From: Thermoplasmatota archaeon
Lineage (GTDB): Archaea > Thermoplasmatota > E2 > JACPAO01 > JAHFTW01
Length of the DNA stretch: 64,000 nucleotides
NCBI GenBank assembly: GCA_041601615.1
Contig: JBFIHX010000011.1
Location: 11,375 to 75,374 of the forward strand
Direction: 5' to 3'
Shown: one piece after another, positions 61,383-64,000 of the stretch
How positions within the stretch are numbered: the first letter of the stretch is position 1
Layout of the letters: every line of letters begins with the position of its first letter
The notes under the pieces: model-generated
What the model was told of the DNA's origin: nothing
What the model saw: only the letters and a program-made list of their open reading frames with translations
Databases searched by the model: none
Made by a program: the position numbers and the translations under genes

Positions 61383-62195
61383 ATGAGAGGTGCGATGATG
61401 AATGACTCACTGAAGCTTCTGGATATCCAAGACGTGGATGGAGGAGAAGGTGTCCTTCACCGACGCGCGATTCTGGGCCCCCACCCCACGGACTGGGACC
61501 CATTCATCCTCTGGGGCTACGACCGTTTCGAGCGCGGTGCGTTCTCTTGGCACCCACACAAGGGCTTCGAGACGGTGACTCTCGTGCTGTCTGGACGAAT
61601 GGAACACAAGGACAGCCGTGGCGGCCACGGCATTTTAGGGCCGGGGGATGTGCAATGGATGACGGCGGGTAAAGGTGTCATGCATGCAGAGGAACCTGTT
61701 GACCCAGAGGCGAGCGTACTGCAGCTTTGGCTCAATTTGCCAGCCGGCCAACGAGCGGCGGAGCCTAGCGTCCAGGATATATCCGAACAGCAGACAGGGA
61801 AGTACTTCGATGGCCAGTTGACGGCCCACGTCTACGGGGGACGGCTTGGCGATGTGCAGGGGCCCGCGGACCAGCATCATGAAGCGTTGTTTGCCACGAT
61901 AGAGGTAGTGGAAGGCCGGGGGGTGCTGCCGTTGAAGGAAGGGTGCAGGGCTTGCTTGTACGTCCTTAATGGAACGCTCAGCATTGGCGGCGTAACGCTT
62001 GCCGCCGGCCAGGGCATTCTGTTGTCCGGCCCGTGCGAGGCGAGGGCGGATGGTTCGGGGCGTGCTGCCTTGATCGCGGCCATGCCGTTGAGGGAACCCG
62101 TCGTCCTCCACTTTCCATTCGTCCTTGACCACGAATCTGAAGTCGCATCGGCCTTCGCGGCGCTCGAGGCGGGCGAGTATGGAAAACCGTGGTGA
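61383..62195 (+). CDS. Pirin-family protein (cassette gene, divergent from HxlR)
   Basis: DPFIL, HPHKGFETVT, HKDS.G, VQWMTAGKGVMHAE and QLWLNLP. Start may be 61395 or 61398. Confidence 0.92.
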   Translation: MRGAMMNDSLKLLDIQDVDGGEGVLHRRAILGPHPTDWDPFILWGYDRFERGAFSWHPHKGFETVTLVLSGRMEHKDSRGGHGILGPGDVQWMTAGKGVMHAEEPVDPEASVLQLWLNLPAGQRAAEPSVQDISEQQTGKYFDGQLTAHVYGGRLGDVQGPADQHHEALFATIEVVEGRGVLPLKEGCRACLYVLNGTLSIGGVTLAAGQGILLSGPCEARADGSGRAALIAAMPLREPVVLHFPFVLDHESEVASAFAALEAGEYGKPW

Positions 62196-62259
62196 TCAAG
62201 AGGGCGCGGTCCTCGTTACCCGTCCATCCCGACACCCGTTGGAGACGCGGCGAGGAGCG

Positions 62260-62325
62260 GCCTAACGATCGAGCTAACGCGCCCTGAGCCGGAGGCGAAG
62301 GGTCGCGTTGAGCGACTTGTTAGAC
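62260..62325 (-). repeat. attC site 2
   Basis: GTCTAAC AAGTC GCTCAACG (26 nt) CGTTAGC TCGATC GTTAGGC: canonical R''-5-L''(8)...L'(7)-6-R'. Confidence 0.9.
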
Positions 62326-62345
62326 TCCTTGACGCCTAATTCCAT

Positions 62346-63047
62346 TTATGGAATGCAGGCCCGGACATTTGACTTCAGATTCTCCCATGCATTCCTGTTT
62401 CGAGGTAGCTTGGGACTTCCAAGGAGCCGGTGGGAAAGCGCATCACCATACATCTTGTCATCATCAAGAGAGTCCACGACCTTGCACAATTTTGCGTCCA
62501 GGGTTTCACACATCAAAGACGTAAACAGTTCGCGCACTTGTGAGAAATCCGTGCTGTGGCCTCCAATGCTCATAAGGTCTCCGAGGTCTCGGTGCCTTCC
62601 CGCCTGAATTTTCAACGCCCAGAACGCTTCCGGCCGGACGACCGGTATGGCTGAAGTCGTGCTGGTGTCCATCAGAATGAGGCGCTCTTGGAGGGGATCT
62701 TCCGTAATCCAGCGCTCTGGAATGTCGACTTGGGCTTCGCGATCTCGAACTACGCCAGGCAATAGATCGACAACCACGGCTCCGTTTGTCCATCGCCCGA
62801 CCTTTCCGGCATAATTTTGTAACAGGTCCTCGGGGACTTGTAGTTCAGAGAAACCTTGTTCGCCGGTGAGCCATGCAACGGTTGGCTCAAGTGCTGACGT
62901 CGGAATCACCACATCTAGGTCGTCGCTGTATCTCGGCGCACCATATGCGGCAACAGCATAACCTCCGATTAGCGCTCCGCCTAGGTCCCAAGGCCAATGC
63001 TCCAGTATCGCCACGGCCTCGGCTTCGCGGTCAGCGGGGTCTAGCAA
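62346..63047 (-). CDS. Pol-beta-like nucleotidyltransferase (AbiEii/type IV toxin-like; cassette gene)
   Basis: LIGGYAV..YG.PRYSDDLDVVI, VDLL and LKIQAGRHRDLGD. Confidence 0.75.
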   Translation of the reverse strand: MLDPADREAEAVAILEHWPWDLGGALIGGYAVAAYGAPRYSDDLDVVIPTSALEPTVAWLTGEQGFSELQVPEDLLQNYAGKVGRWTNGAVVVDLLPGVVRDREAQVDIPERWITEDPLQERLILMDTSTTSAIPVVRPEAFWALKIQAGRHRDLGDLMSIGGHSTDFSQVRELFTSLMCETLDAKLCKVVDSLDDDKMYGDALSHRLLGSPKLPRNRNAWENLKSNVRACIP

Positions 63048-63600
63048 GCAGTCCCTCGGCTTCGCCGTAAAGCGATGGTTTCATTCGAATGAGTTTGACA
63101 ACTTCATCGCGCGTGATGACTGGTTCTCCTTCAATTTCCTCTATGATGCGGTCATCGGGAACAACATCTAGCTCTAGATGCCCCCCGATATGTTTTCTTC
63201 CAGCAGGTAGTCGATTAGCCTTTGCATAATCGAGCCAGGCTGCGCGATCCGATTCGTGAATAGCGACATGGAAGCTCCGAATGAACGGGGACGGGCTGAC
63301 TTTGTATCGACCTCGGGTCCAAACCTCAACCGCTGTCTCGCCGGTCCAAGCCTTCCACATTGGAGCCGCCATGATGGCGTGGCGAATCCGGTTCCACTCA
63401 GCCCGCCGGTTATCAGGGCGCTCGGACGGCCGCAAGAGGCGGTACTTTCCCCGCGCAACGCGAGTCACGAGCCCCCTGGTTTTCAGTTCGTTGAGGACTT
63501 TGGCCGCGCGTGGGGAGCCAATGCGATTAGCAAACTCCGTGACTGTAAACACGCGTTCGCCGAATACCATGCCGGCTGCGTCGTAGTATGTCACTCCCAT
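63031..63600 (-). CDS. Winged-helix protein, putative type IV antitoxin (AbiEi-like; cassette gene)
   Basis: FTVTEFANR...LNELKTRGLVTRVARGKY wHTH; overlaps the NTase gene. Confidence 0.7.
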   Translation of the reverse strand: MGVTYYDAAGMVFGERVFTVTEFANRIGSPRAAKVLNELKTRGLVTRVARGKYRLLRPSERPDNRRAEWNRIRHAIMAAPMWKAWTGETAVEVWTRGRYKVSPSPFIRSFHVAIHESDRAAWLDYAKANRLPAGRKHIGGHLELDVVPDDRIIEEIEGEPVITRDEVVKLIRMKPSLYGEAEGLLARPR

Positions 63601-63667
63601 GAATCCTAGTTTATCGGAACTACACTTAAGCATGTCGGACAATGTCTGACGCGACAGCCGACAAGGA

Positions 63668-63731
63668 GTCTAACGGTTGAGCTAACGCGCCTCGACCGGA
63701 GGGAGAGGTCGCGTTGAGCGATTTGTTAGAT
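63668..63731 (-). repeat. attC site 3
   Basis: ATCTAAC AAATC GCTCAACG (24 nt) CGTTAGC TCAACC GTTAGAC, 7 bp after the RelE-like stop. Confidence 0.9.
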
Positions 63732-63738
63732 TTCCTCG

Positions 63739-63999
63739 TTAATCGTCCCGGAGCCAATCATATCCATCTGAACGCTGCATGATTCGCGTGACTCGGATAA
63801 TATTGCCCTTGATTCCAAAAATTACGCGTTGTTGACCGACTCGGAGGCGGGATAAACCAGTTGCGTGGTCGCCTTCTAGTTTTTTCACGTCCAGGCCATG
63901 CCGTTTTCCTGACGGATCATCGCGCAACTGCTCAAGAGCCAAGCGAAGGGCCTTGCGCGGCCCCGGGGTGAGCCCCCGAAAAAACGCGACCGCGCCTTC
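63739..63999 (-). CDS. RelE/ParE-family toxin (5' partial; cassette gene)
   Basis: Frame is open to the window edge; LDVKKLEG...SRLRVGQQRVIF...I.QRSDGY. Confidence 0.8.
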   Translation of the reverse strand, partial: EGAVAFFRGLTPGPRKALRLALEQLRDDPSGKRHGLDVKKLEGDHATGLSRLRVGQQRVIFGIKGNIIRVTRIMQRSDGYDWLRDD

Positions 64000-64000
64000 G

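Larger units (their letters stand above)
60803..64000 (-). mobile_element. Integron gene-cassette array (at least 3 attC sites; integrase not in window)
   Basis: Three similar attC sites separate 1.4-kb gene cassettes; the array runs off the window edge. Confidence 0.85.

Noticed and set aside
60803-63731. The three repeats as a CRISPR array
   Set aside because: Units are ~65 bp and separated by 1.3-1.4 kb of genes; no cas genes. The attC architecture explains them.

Overview
A GC-rich archaeal chromosomal segment. Archaeal markers are Rpo11/RpoL, Orc1/Cdc6 with an upstream ORB box, ABCE1, archaeal-type GluRS and TATA-like boxes ~25 nt before start codons. By inference it is a Thermoplasmatota-like aerobic amino-acid heterotroph. 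Core genes: gltX (partial), truD, rpoL, fixC-fixX-etfB-etfA (EtfA fused to a ferredoxin), an FKBP/SlyD PPIase, ABCE1, lipA, a 2-oxoacid dehydrogenase operon (probably branched-chain), a SNF2 helicase, hmgA, hppD, a PAS histidine kinase/response regulator pair, corA, nth, a bacterial-type fabI, dCMP deaminase, cdc6, signal peptidase, ribA, uvrA and tRNA-Glu(CTC). The main result is at the right end. Just downstream of the tRNA, three 64-66 bp repeats have the integron attC architecture (R''-L''...L'-R') on the minus strand; two are canonical and one is degenerate. They delimit cassettes carrying HxlR+pirin, a wHTH+nucleotidyltransferase (type IV TA-like) pair and a RelE-like toxin. This is an archaeal integron cassette array; no integrase is in the window. 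Other notable items: several families of small secreted disulfide-rich proteins, a 77-bp hairpin insert flanked by a 34-bp duplication of the lpdA 3' end, a low-GC cluster of three RHH regulators with 11-bp phased repeats, and small genes inserted inside metabolic operons. All product calls come from motif recognition by eye, not database searches.
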